This document shows, piece after piece, positions 50,318 to 62,929 of a DNA stretch of 64,000 nt (position 1 is the stretch's first letter; each line of letters starts with the position of its first letter). This stretch comes from Dendrobates tinctorius (lineage: Eukaryota), in assembly GCF_039654945.1 (NCBI RefSeq), contig NW_027361723.1, positions 2,480,001 through 2,544,000 on the forward strand, written 5' to 3'. The position numbers and the translations under genes were made by a program. The notes beneath the pieces were generated by a model. It searched no databases, was not told the origin of the DNA, and saw only the letters and a list, made by a program, of their open reading frames with translations.

Positions 50318-50495
50318 GTCAGTAGGGATCCCAGCGCCAGGATGATGGCGGCAGAGCTGGCCTTGACGCTGGCGCCGCCGTTACACAGGTCGGTGGTGCA
50401 GCAGGAGGTGGAAGCAGAAGCCCCGGAAATACCGCTGCTGCTCGGAGTGCAAGACAATGCACACGACTTAGTGATGGAAGTAACCGAGATCGCAC
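50318..50495 (-). CDS. Ly6/uPAR three-finger protein, last coding exon (truncated by hAT)
   Basis: Acceptor TTTTCTCCGCTGTAG, phase 1; GAISVTSITKSCALSC...SCCTTDLCNGGASVKASSAAIILALGSLLT contains CCxxDLCN and a GPI-signal-like tail. Confidence 0.88.
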
Positions 50496-51100
50496 CTACA
50501 GCGGAGAAAAGCAAATCTGATGAGCTGACCGGGATGGGAAGGGTTAAACGCTGCTCGCAACAAGAATGTGGTTTATCCTCAGTACAAGTCACCGGCAGAA
50601 GGCTGCGTGCGGTACCTGGCACCGGTGTACACAGAGGACTAGGGGGCAACCTCTTCCTCTAGGGGAAAGAAGCTTTCATCATCACAGATGAGATTCTTTA
50701 TGGCACCAGCAATGTGACTATGGATTCCTTACTGTACAAGCAAAGACACGATGGATTCTTCACTGTATGAACAGGAACTCTGCTGATTATTTACTGTACA
50801 AGCAGTGAGCCTCTGGATTCTTTACTGTCCGAGCAGTGACACTGTAGATTTTGTACTCTACAAGCAAAGACACTATGGATTCTTCACTGTATGAACAGGA
50901 ACTCTGCTGATTATTTACTGTACAAGCAGTGAGACTCTGGGTTCTTTACTGTAAGAGCAGGGTGACTGTAGACGTTTCTGCTGTAACATGTTATAACCAG
51001 GTGATATAAAATGGTTACACATGTACAGTCAGTGTAGACCGGTGCTGGCTGGAGCTGAATGTACAGGACTACGACCAGAAAACCAAAATGCTGAGCTCAC

Positions 51101-51220
51101 CGACTCCGACTGACGCTTCCACTGTCCGACAATACGTTTCTCCATTCGTGCAGTTTGCCGCAGTCTGACAATTGGAGTTGGAACTTGCTGCTGTGCAGAC
51201 GTAGCATTTCAGAGAGTAAG
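51101..51220 (-). CDS. Ly6/uPAR three-finger protein (LY6E-like), internal exon
   Basis: 120-bp phase 1-1 exon bounded by CCCGCAG| and |GTGAG; encodes YSLKCYVCTAASSNSNCQTAANCTNGETYCRTVEASVGV. Confidence 0.88.
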
Positions 51221-51473
51221 CTGCGGGCAGAAGGGGAATCATTACAGCGGACGTACATCACCTTCCAGTGTAGGCACAGAGGAGCGGCCTCCCGAGCAGC
51301 TGCTCCCGGCATCTACGTGGGCTCACCTATAGACATCTATACCTCTGCAAATCTAGCATGGAGGGCAGAGACAGTAACAGTGATCCACGGAGCACAGGAC
51401 AACTCTGCCTACAGCTCCAATGGGAGAGTGCAGGTTATACAAGGGGCTTATGATGTTCGCTCCCCTCTCTGGG

Positions 51474-52863
51474 AGCAAATGTTGTTCCTATCTTCAAAAA
51501 GGGGAAGAAGGTGGACCCAGGTAACTATAGGCCGGTGAGTCTGACTTCTATACCAGGAAAGATCTTTGAACAAATTATTACACAACATGTATGTCAATAC
51601 CTGGATAAGAATGAAGTGATTAAACAGAGTCAGCATGGGTTTGTAACTAATAAGTCATGTCAGACTAACTTAATTTCCTTCTATGACGGTATCACTGATT
51701 GGGTGGATCAAGGAAATGCTGTAGATATAGTATATCTTGACTTCAGCAAAGCATTTGACAAAGTATCTCATACAATCCTTATTGAAAAAAATGACTAAGT
51801 ATGGAATGGACAAGGCAACTGGTGGATTCATAACTGGCTTGGTGATCGGACCCAAAGAGTGGTCGTAAATGGCTGCACATCCAGCTGGAAGAATGTATCA
51901 AGTGGGTTACCACAGGGCTCTGTCCGGGGCCCTGTATTGTTCAACATCTTTATCAACGATTTAGATGAAGGAATTGAAGGTAAACTGATTAAATTTGCTG
52001 ATGACACAAAGCTAGGAGGGATAGCTAATACTAGAGGAGAGAGAGGATTCAAAAAGATATTAATAAACTGGAGCAGTGGGCAGCAACTAACAGAATGGTT
52101 TTTAACAGGGAAAAATGCAAAGTACTACATCTGGGCAATACAAATGAAAAAAGCATATATAGAATGGGAGGAATAGGGCTAAGCAACAGCACATGTGAAA
52201 AAGGCTTGGGTATACTAATAGATCACAGACTGAATATGAGTCAACAGTGTGATGCAGCAGCAAAAAAGGCAAATGCAATTCTAGGATGTATTAACAGAAG
52301 CATACAGTCTAGATCACGTGAAGTCATTATTTCCCTCTACTCCTCTTTGGTCAGACCTCATCTGGAATATTGTGTCCAGTTTTGGGCACCACATTTTAAA
52401 AAAGACATCAACAAGCTGGAGTTTGTTCAGAAAAGAGCGACCAGAATGATGACCGGTCTGCAAACCCTGTCTTATCAGGAAAGGTTGCAGGATTTGGGAA
52501 TGTTTAGTTTGCAAAAGAGAAGACTGAGAGGAGACTTAATAGCTGTCTACAAATATCTAAAGGGCTGTCACATTGTAGAAGCATCATATTTATTCTCATT
52601 TGCACAAGGAAAGACTAGAAGCAATGGGATGAAACTGAATGGGAGGAGACACAGATTAGATTTTAGAAAAAACTTTTTGACAGATTGAAAAATGAATGGA
52701 ACAGGCTGCCACGCGAAGTGGTGAGTTCTCCTTCAATGGAAGTCTTCAAACAGAGGCTGGACAGACATCTGACTGGGATGATTTAGCGAATCCTGCTTTG
52801 ACCAGGGGGTTGGACCAGATGGCCCAGGAGGTCCCTTCCAACTCTACGATTCTATTCTATGAT
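51474..52863 (+). mobile_element. CR1 LINE, 5'-truncated RT fragment with frameshifts
   Basis: PGNYRPVSLTS, YLDFSKAFD, FADDTK; 3' end GGTCCCTTCCAAC...ATTCTATG tail. Confidence 0.92.
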
Positions 52864-53553
52864 AATCCTATCCTGTGTGCTACTGTCTGCTGAGCCGTGT
52901 ATCTAATCCCATCCTGTGTGATACTGACTGCTGAGCTGTGTATCTAATCCTCTCCTGTGTGATACTGACTGCTGAGCCGTGTATCTAATCCCATCCTGTG
53001 TGATACTGACTGCTGAGCTGTGTATCTAATTCTATCCTGTGTGATACTGACTGCTGAGCCGTGTATCTAATCCTCTCCTGTGTGATACTGACTGCTGAGC
53101 TGTGTATCTAATCCTCTCCTGTGTGATACTGACTTCTGAGCCGTGTATCTAATCCTCTCCTGTGTGATACTGACTGCTGAGCCGTGTATCTAATCCTACT
53201 GTGTGCTGAGCCGTGCATCTAATCCTCTCCTGTGTGATACTGACTGCTGAGCCGTGTATCTAATCCTCTCCTGCGTGATACTGACCGCTGAGCTGTGTAT
53301 CTAATCCTCTCCTGTGTGATACTGACTTCTGAGCCGTGTATCTAATCCTCTCCTGTGTGATACTGACTGCTGAGCCGTGTATCTAATCCTACTGTGTGCT
53401 GAGCCGTGCATCTAATCCTCTCCTGTGTGATACTGACTGCTGAGCCGTGTATCTAATCCTTTCCTGTGTGATACTGACTGCTGAGCCGTGTATCTAATCC
53501 TCTCTTGCGTGATACTGTCTGCTGAGCCGTGTATCTAATCCTCTCCTGTGTGA
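52864..53553. repeat. 41-bp minisatellite
   Basis: Unit AATCCTCTCCTGTGTGATACTGACTGCTGAGCCGTGTATCT. Confidence 0.95.
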
Positions 53554-55683
53554 TAAAAAAGAGAATTGGAGGGATCCAATGGCTGGATATCCTTAAAGAC
53601 AAAAATGTCCAGGAAGGATGGGAAATCTTGAAAAATGAAATTCTCAAAGCACAATTGTTAACAATTCTGAAAAGAGGGAAGAATAGGAAGCATTTAAGGA
53701 AGCCAGGATGGATGAACACAGAACTTAAGCACATGCTAAAAAGGAAGAAAAAAATGTTTATAAAATGGAAAGAGGGAGGCATATCTAAAGAAGAATATAA
53801 TGCTGTCTGCAGAACCTGCAGGGAACAAATCAGATTAGCTAAAGCTGACAATGAATTGAGGCTTGCAAGAGATGTCAAAAGCAATAATAAAGGATTTTGG
53901 GGATATGTCAAAAGTAAAAGAAAAGTCAAAGATGCTATAGGATTTTTACAGGATGAAAATGAAATGGTAAGACAGGATGTTGAGAAGGCTGAACTTTTAA
54001 ATTCCTATTTTGCATCTGTTTTCTCTCAGAAAGGAAATGTAACATCAACTGTTCTTCACTGTCCTATTAAGGGAATAGAAGAATCCAGGATATCTATAAA
54101 CAGAAATATAGTGAGGAAACACTTAGCTAACCTAAATGAATTCAAGTCACCAGGTCCAGATGAATTACACCCCTACACCCCAGAGTACTGAAGGAGATAG
54201 CAGAAGAAATTTCTGAACCCCTCTCCATAATCTTTGAAAATTCTTGGAGAACAGGAGAAGTCCCAGAAGACTGGAGAAGAGCAAATGTTGTTCCTATCTT
54301 CAAAAAGGGGAAGAAGGTGGACCCAGGCAACTATAAGCCGGTGAGTCTGACTTCTATACCAGGGAAGATCTTTGAACAAATTATTAAACAACATGTATGT
54401 CAGTACCTGGATAAGAATGAAGTGATTAAACAGAGTCAGCATGGGTTTGTAACTAATAAGTCATGTCAGACTAACTTAATTTCCTTCTATGATGGAATCA
54501 CTGATTGGGTGGATCAAGGAAATGCTGTAGATATAGTATATCTTGACTTCAGCAAAGCATTTGACAAAGTCTCTCATACAATCCTTATTGAAAAAATGAC
54601 TAAGTATGGAATGGACAAGGCAACTGTTAGGTGGATTCATAACTGGCTTAGTGATCGGACCCAAAGAGTGGTCGTAAATGGCTGCACATCCAGTTGGAAG
54701 AATGTCTCAAGTGGGGTACCACAGGGCTCTGCCCTGGGCCCTGTATTGTTCAACATCTTTATCAACGATTTAGATGAAGGAATTGAGGTTAAACTGATTA
54801 AATTTGCTGATGACACAAAGCTAGGAGGGATAGCTAATACTAGAGAAGAGAGAGAGAGGATTCAAAAAGCTATAAATAAACTGGAGAAGTGGGCAGCAAC
54901 AAACAGAATGGTTTTTAACAGGGAAAAATGCAAAGTACTACATCTGGGCAATAAAAATGAAAAAAGCATATACAGAATAGGAGGAATAGGGCTAAGCAAC
55001 AGCACATGTGAAAAAGACTTGGGCATACTAATAGATCACAGACTGAATATGAGTCAACAGTGTGATGCAGCAGCAAAAAAGGCAAATGCAATTCTAGGAT
55101 GTATTAACAGAAGCATACAGTCTAGATCACGTGAAGTCATTATTTCCCTCTACTCCTCTTTGGTCAGACCTCATCTGGAATATTGTGTCCAGTTTTGGGC
55201 ACCACATTTTAAAAAAGACATCAACAAACTGGAGCAAGTTCAGAAAAGAGCGACCAGAATGGTGACCGGTCTGCAAACCCTGTCTTATGAGGAAAGGTTG
55301 TAGGATTTGGGAATGTTTAGTTTGCAAAAGAGAAGACTGAGAGGAGACTTAATAGCTGTCTACAAATATCTAAAGGGCTGTCACATTGTAGAAGGATCAA
55401 CTTTATTCTCATTTGCACAAGGAAAGACTAGAAGCAATGGGATGAAACTGAATGGGAGGAGACACAGATTAGATATTAGAAAAAACTTTTTGACAGTTAG
55501 AGTGATCAATGAGTGGAACAAGCTGCCACAAGAAGTGGTGAGTTCTCCTTCAATGGAAGTCTTCAAACAGAGGCTGGACAGACATCTGACTGGGATGATT
55601 TAGCGAATCCTGCTTTGAGCAGGGGGTTGGACCAGATGGCCCAGGAGGTCCCTTCCAACTCTACGATTCTATGATTCTATGAT
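53554..55683 (+). mobile_element. CR1 LINE, 5'-truncated, same family as 51474-52863
   Basis: RT motifs; TACACCCC duplication frameshift at ~54170; stop at 55301; (ATTCTATG)n tail. Confidence 0.93.
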
Positions 55684-56012
55684 ACTGACTGCTGAGCTGT
55701 GTATCTAATCCTCTCCTGTGTGATACTGACTGCTGAGCAGTGTATCTAATCCTCTCCTGTGTGATATTGACTGCTCAGCCGTGTATCTAATCCTCTCCTA
55801 TGTGATACTGACTGCTGAGCCGTGTATCTAATCCTCTCCTGTGTGATACTGACTGCTGAGCCGTGTATCTAATCCTCTCCTGTGTGATACTGACTGCTGA
55901 GCCGTGTATCTAATCCTCTCCTGTGTGATACTGACTGCTGAGCCGTGTATCTAATCCTACTGTGTGCTGAGCCGTGCATCTAATCCTCTCCTGTGTGATA
56001 CTGACTGCTGAG
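55684..56012. repeat. 41-bp minisatellite (continuation)
   Basis: Same unit as 52864-53553. Confidence 0.95.
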
Positions 56013-58676
56013 TAGTGTTGAGCGATACCTTCCGATATAGGGAAATATCGGATCGGACTGATACCCACAAAGTATCGGATATCGCCGATTCCGATACCGG
56101 AAACCAATGCAAGTCAATGGGACAGAAATATCGGAATTAAAATAAACCCTTTCTTTCCTTGTAGGTTAATTCTACATGAAGGAAAACAACTAATAATAAT
56201 GTAGAATGTATTGGGGGAGGTGGAGGAGACATTAAAGCCATAGAGATTTAGCCCAATCAAATGGAATAGCAGGAATTTTTTTTTTTTAAGACGTTCAGAG
56301 TTACAAAGATATTGACTATGTTAACCTTTTTAATATTTTGTCAGATATGTATGTTTCACTACTTCTATGCTCTTCTCCTTCTTTTTTACTTCTCCCACAC
56401 TTTCTCCTTCATGATCCTCAGCAGCAGCATCTTTTTCATCAACTTCTTCTTCACCTTATTCATCTTCTTTTTCTTCACTTTCTTCCTATTATTCTTTTTA
56501 TGTTACATTCTTCATCTTCTTCCTATTCTTCTTCTTCATCATATTCTTATTTGTGACAGGCATTCCTGTAGTTGTTATCTATAAAAGTTTGGAGATTACA
56601 CCAGCCGTTCTGCCTGTCACAAAAGATTTACAACAGGATTTGTCCGCGTTCAGTTCGGCCTGCAGCAGCAGGCATTTTCCAGGGGCACCACAAGGAGGAA
56701 CGGACTCACCCCCATACACTGCTTAATCTTCTTCTGCTTATAATTTAGATAATATCTGTTGCTCTGATTTTTAGTCTTATGCTTAATGTTCTTCTGATTT
56801 TTGTTCTGCTTTTTGTTCTTCTGCTTCTTGGTCTTCTGTCTCTTGTTGTTCTGTATCTTGGTGGTTGTCTTCATGTTCTTTGTCCTCTTGGTCATCTTCT
56901 TCAGGGTCATCTTTTTGGTCTTGTTTGGGGTGGTCTTCATGGTGGTCGTCTTCAGGGTTGTCATCTTTGGGGTCGTCGTCTTCTTCGGGGTGGTCTTCAG
57001 GGTCGTCGTCTTCAGGATCATCGTCTTCGGGGTTTTCCTCTTCTTCGAGGTGGTCTTCAGGGTTGTCGTTTCAGGGTCATCGTCAGGGAGATCCAGATTG
57101 ATTACCAAAAACCATTTCAAAAAGCTTGAACTTGGAAATGTAGCAGAAGGTACAAGAAGGCTGAGGAACTGCGGAGAACCAGCTGACAGTACTGGAACCC
57201 GGATGGGAAGCAGAAGGAACAAGAGCCATTGGCACTACCGAGGACCAGCTGATGGTACTGGAACCCGGTTACTAAGCAGGAGGTACCTATGCTAGAAAGC
57301 ACTACCAAGGACCAGCAGACGTTGCTGGATCTCGGATACTGAAAAGGAGGCACCTAAGCCAAAAGGCACGGCCGAGAACCAGCTGACGGTGCTGGAACAC
57401 GGATGGGTAGCAGAAGCTACAAGAGCCAATGGAACTACCGAGGACCAACTGACGGTGCTGGAACCCGGAGGGGCAGCAGAAGGAACAAGAGCCAATGGCA
57501 CTACCGAGGACCAGCTGATGTTACTGGAACCCGGTTACTAAGCAGGAGGTACTTGTGCCAGAAAGCACTAAAAAGGACCAGCAGACGTTGCTGGAACTTG
57601 GATACCGAGAAAGAGGCACCTAAGCTAAAGGCACTGCCGAGAACCAGCTGACGGTACTGGAACCCGGATGGGTAGCAGAAGGTACCCATGAAAAACAAAG
57701 TTGCAAGGCCTAGAGCCGGCCGCAGTTACCGAAACCCACAGTCCTACAGGGGGTGCTTGTCCTATTGGCACTACGGAACCAGCCTTTATTGACAGATCCC
57801 GCAGCCCACATAGGAAGCACCTAAACTGCAGGCAACATAGAGTCGGCTAACCCGACCGCAACACGACAGGACAACGTATTAGTGGCAAAGCGACGTTGAC
57901 ACTACCCGGAAACAGCCGGCGTGCTGGAACCAGGCTTGGTAGGAGAGAGTACCCGTGCCAAAGACACTGCCAGGAACCAGCTGGTGGTGCTGGAACCCAG
58001 GGTAAATACTACAAACAGAGTGGAGACAGAGGCCTAATTAGAGCAAGTTTAAAATCTGTAGTTGTGTGAGTGTGGACAGAGCAGGAGAAACTGCCGGACA
58101 CACAGCTGGGGATCAGCTGACATTACAGAACCCCAATAACACTGGAGCATATGTTGACTGTGCAGACGGCACTTCTGAGCAGCAACTGGTGGTGTTGGAG
58201 CCCAGGGTCAATAGTACAAACAGAGTGGAGGCAGAGGCCTATTTGGAGCAAGTTTAAAATCTGTAGTTGTGTGAGTGTGGACAGAGCAAGAGAAATTGCA
58301 GGACACACATCTGGGGATCAGCTGACATTACAGAACCCCAATAACACTGGAGCATATGTTGACTGTGCAGACGGCACTTCTGAGCAGCTACTGGCGGTGT
58401 TGGAGCCCAGGGTTAATACTACAAACATAGTGGAGCCAGAGGCCTAATTGGATCAAGATTAATATCTGTTGTAGACTACTACTGATTTTAAACTTGCTCC
58501 AATTAGGCCTCTGGCTCCACTCTAGTAGGGGAATGTGGACAGAGCAGGAGAAATTGCCGGACACACAGCTGGGGATCAGCTGACGTTACATAACCCCAGT
58601 AACACAGGAGCAAATGTTGATTGTGCAGATGGCACTTCTGAGCAGCAACTGGTGGTGTTGGAGCCCAGGGTAAATA

Positions 58677-60741
58677 ATATAAGATAATCCTTTAATCGTC
58701 CCACCATGGGGAAATTCAGAGCATTACAGCAGCAAGGCAGGAACAAGTACAGATACAGATGCATAAAGGCATCACATTGACAGTAGGTAGGTACATAAAC
58801 GGGAAAAAAAAAAAAAAAAAAGATATAACCGGACTATCACAACTTTTGGATCTATCAGTTCACTGTTTGGGTCGTTCTCCGTTTTGGACAGTGCTGGTTA
58901 TACAGCCTAACTGCAGCAGGAAGGAAGGACTTTCGATAGTGCTCCCTCTCACATTTAGGATGAAGTAGCCGTCACTGACAGTACTGCACATCTTTGTCAC
59001 GGTCTCATGCATGGGATGGGAATCATTCTGCACCATGTAGCTCACCTTGGCCAGTATCCTCCTGTCGCCTACTTCCTGAACTGGATCAAGGGGGCATCCC
59101 AGGACAGAGCTGACCCTTCTAATCAGTTTGTCCAGCCTATTCCTGTCCCTAGTTGATATGCCACTACCCCAGCACGCCACACCAAAGAAGATGACTGATG
59201 CCACAACAGAGTTGAAGAAGGATGCAAGGAGTGCCCCCCCTAACTCCGAAGGCTCTCAGCCTTCTGAGCAGAAAAAGCCTACTTTGGCCCTTCCTGTACA
59301 CTGCATCCAAGTGATGGGCCCAGTCAAGCTTATTATTGAGGATGACACCAAGGTACTTATAGGTGTCGACTATCTCAATGTCATTTCCCTGAATGTTCAC
59401 CACTACTGGTGGATTTTTTCCCTTGCGAAAGTCCACAACCAATTCCTTGGTCTTCCCGGAATTAATCCTAAGGTGGTTCCTCTGACACCACTCCACAAAA
59501 GCTTGGTTAGTATCTCTGTACTCTCTTTCATCTCCTCCTGTGATGAGGCCTACTATTGCAGAGTCATCAGAACACTTCTGCAAGTAGCAGCTAGATGAGT
59601 TGCACTTAAAATTCGCAGTGTACAGTGTGAAGAGAAAAGGGGCAAGAACTGTACCTTGAGGTGCCCCTGTATTGCAGATCACCGTGTCTGACACACTGTC
59701 CCGAACCTTTACAAACTGAGGTCGGTTCGTGAGGTAGTTAAGGATCCAGGTGAAGAGTTGGAGGTCCACGCCAACAAGGCCCAGCTTGTCTCTCAGTAGA
59801 CCTGGCTGCATGGTATTAAAAGCACTAGAGAAATCAAAGAACATTATTCTCACAGTGTTCCCAGGTTTCTCCAGGTGAGAGAGTCCTATCTAGAAGGTGG
59901 ATAATGGCATCATCCACAGCAATGCCCAGCCTGTAGGCAAACTGGGGAGGGTCCATATCCGAGCTCACTAGAGGACGGAGACGTTTGAGAACCAATCTCT
60001 CTAGTACCTTCATCAGGTGTGAAGTCAATGCTACAGGTCTATAGTCATTAAGGTCTTTCGGATAAGGTTTCTTCGGAACTGGTACCACACACGAAAATTT
60101 CCACAGTTGTGGTACTATACCTATTCTCAGGCTCATATTGAACAGATATGTAATGATCTCACTCAGCTGGTGCCCGCAGGTTTTGATTAGCCTTGCACTG
60201 ATGCCGTCAGGACCTGCAGCCTTCAAAACTTTGATCTTATCCAGTTCTTTTGCAACCTGGGTACTTGTGAAGAACAGACCCTGGCTCAATTGACAAGTTG
60301 CAGCAGGGGGGTGAGGTTATTGTAGCAGAGAGGTGTGAATGAAATGCAGGGGCAGGAGCAGCCAGTGTGTGATTAAATCTGTTAAAGAATAGACTAAGTT
60401 CATTAAGCCCCTCTTTATCTACAACCATCCTGGTGACAGTCTGTCTATGCCCAGTTATAGACTTTAGACCCTCCCAGACTTCATGAATCCTTTTCTGTGA
60501 CAATTTCAGTTCAATCTTTCTCTTATAATTAGCCTTTCCCTGCCTGATTAGATTATTCAGATCTTTCTGCACCTCTCTCAGCCAGCCCTTGTCACCTGAT
60601 CTGAAGGCCAACTTCTTCTCTTTGAGAAGAGCCTTTATTCCGGGGCTGATCGATGGTTTATTGTTAGAGAAGCACCTCACTACTTTTGTGGGTACCGTGT
60701 TGTCTACACGGAAATTAATGTAGTCCGTTATACAATGTGTA
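58677..60741 (-). mobile_element. Rex1/Babar-clade LINE, 5'-truncated
   Basis: KAAGPDGI, NDYRPVALTS, FFDFSSAFNT, GAPQGTVLAP, SDDSAIVG, KTKELVVDFRK; 3' end AATTTCCCC..GGGACGATTAAAG; candidate TSD TAAATA. Confidence 0.88.
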
Positions 60742-61258
60742 TAAATACTAGAGACAGAGGCCTAATTGGAGCAAGTTTAAAATCAGTAGTAGTGTGAATG
60801 TGGACAGAGCAGGAGACATTGCCGGACACACAGCAGGGGAGCAGCTGGAGTTACTGAACCCCACTAACACAGGAGCTAGTGTTTTTCTCTGTGCAGACGG
60901 CACTTCTGAGCAGCAACTGGCAGTGTTGGAGCCCAGGGTAAATCAGGGTGTAGGCTGAGGCCTAATTGGAACAAGTTTAATATCTGATGCAGTGTGAATG
61001 TGGAGGGAGCAGGAGATGTTGCCGGACACACAGCAAGGGAGCAGCTGGCGTTACTGAACCCCACTAACACAGGAGCTAGTGTTTTTCTTTGTGCAGACTG
61101 CACTTCTGAGCAGCAAGTGGCGGTGTTGGAGCCCAGGGTCAATCAGTTCAGGTGGTAGAAACATGAACACAACAGGAGACCTGGATACTTTTGCCAACCA
61201 ATTATTTAATCTGGAAGAGGACTGGCAAATTCCGGCGCTATCTAGGCCTTGCTCATTT

Positions 61259-62929
61259 TCAGAAAAGTAATCCCGTCAACGTTAGTCGCGTGCGACGGTC
61301 TGTTAGTACACCACCTGCGGCACTAAAGACACGTTCCGATAATACACTGGCAGCAGGGCAAGCCAGCACCTCCAATGCATACTGGCTAAGCTCTGGCCAT
61401 GTATCCAGCTTAGAGACCCAAAACTTGAAGGGGGAAGAGCCGTCTGGGAGTACACTGACAGGGCAAGACAAGTAGTCTGTCACCATCTGACGGAAACGTT
61501 GCCTCCTGCTGACTGGAGCCGTCTGTAATGGTGTAGACATTTGTGGCGGGCACACAAAACTTTGACACATTTGGGCCATACTGGTCTTGCCTTGTGCTGA
61601 GGCGCTGCCTCTGCTCCCTCTTCGTGCAGAGCTTCCTCCACTGCCTCGACGCACAGAGCTGCTTTGTAAAGCACTAGCAGCACTGCTCTCGGGTGGAATG
61701 GAGAACATGATGGAATGCACCAGTGTGTCTTGGTATTCCCGCATTTTACGCTCCTGGTTCAACGTTGGTATGAGGGTTTGAAAGTTGTCCCGGTAGCGAG
61801 GATCTAGGAGGGTGTACACCCAATAATCAGCCGCGTTGAGAATGTGGGCGATGCGGCGGTCGTTTCTCAGGCACTGCAGCATGAAATCAACCATGTGCTG
61901 CAGACTCCCAACTACCAAAGAACCGCTGTCCCCTGCTTGAGGCATGATCTCTGCCTGCTCTGCATCACCCCACCCTCGCTGTACATACTGACTAGAGCTT
62001 TGTGTACCCCCCTCCTGTGGAGAGATGTCTTCCTCCTCCATCGACTCCTCCTCACAAAGTGTCCCCTGCCTAGGCCTTTGTGAGGAAACACGTAGCGCAG
62101 ACTGTCCAGAAGCAGATGGCATTTGTGACTCCTCATCCTCCACCTCTTCCAAAACCTCCTCCCTTAGTGCTTGCAGTGTTTTTTGAAGCAGGCAGATAAG
62201 GGGGACAGTCATGCTGACTAGTGCATCATCTGCACTCGCCATCCGCGTGGAATCATCGAAGGCACGCAAAACGAGGCAGATGTCCTTCATAGAGGCCCAC
62301 TCAGTGGTGCTGAAGTGTGACCGGCGCACATTGCGACTTGTTTGCACCTGATGCAGCTGGTACTCCATGACTGCTGCCTGCTGCTCACACAACCGCTCCA
62401 ACATATGTAACGTTGAATTCCACCTAGTGGGTAGGTCACATATGATGCGATATTCCAGAAGGCGTAATCGGCGCTGCAGAGATGCAATGCGCGATCTTGC
62501 CGTGCTGGAACGACGCAAGTGAGCGCACTCTATGCGGACCTTGTGCAGCAGTGCATCAAGATCCGGATAGTCCCTCAGAAAGCTCTGCACGACCAAGTTG
62601 AGCACATGTGCCAGACATGGGATGTGAGTGAGGTTTCTTAGGCCAAGAGCTGCCACCAGATTTCGGCCATTGTCACACACTACCAAGCCCGGCTGGAGAT
62701 TCGCTGGCACAAACCACACGTCGCTCTCCTGCTTGATGGCATTCCAGAGCTCCTGCGCTGTGTGGCTTCGATTCCCCAAAGAAATTAATTTCAGTACGGC
62801 CTGTTGACGTTTGGCCGCGGCTGTGCTCATATCGGTCGTAACAGGCTCCTGCTGCGCTGTTTCAGAGGAACTAGAGTAGGAGGAGGAGTCAATATGAACA
62901 GACTGGATTCCTGCAATCCGTGGAGTTGG
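61259..62929 (-). pseudogene. hAT transposase C-terminal half
   Basis: VCDNGRN, CLAHVLNL, TRWNST, LDPRYR, ASVLSERVFS. The C-terminus appears frameshifted and the N-terminus is cut off at 62930. Confidence 0.88.

Larger units (their letters stand above)
56013..62929 (-). mobile_element. Third, more distant hAT element (3' part) with nested insertions
   Basis: Terminus TAGTGTTGAGCGATAC with CCGATA motifs; internal ~210-bp repeats at 57960-61140; transposase C-terminal half. Confidence 0.8.

Noticed and set aside
51250-51400. Signal-peptide exon of the Ly6 gene
   Set aside because: A GTGAG donor exists at ~51322-51326, but no in-frame ATG with a hydrophobic stretch precedes it.
56650-57295. 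Hydrophobic 'membrane protein' and Thr/Lys-rich ORFs
   Set aside because: Alternative readings of a low-complexity triplet tract.
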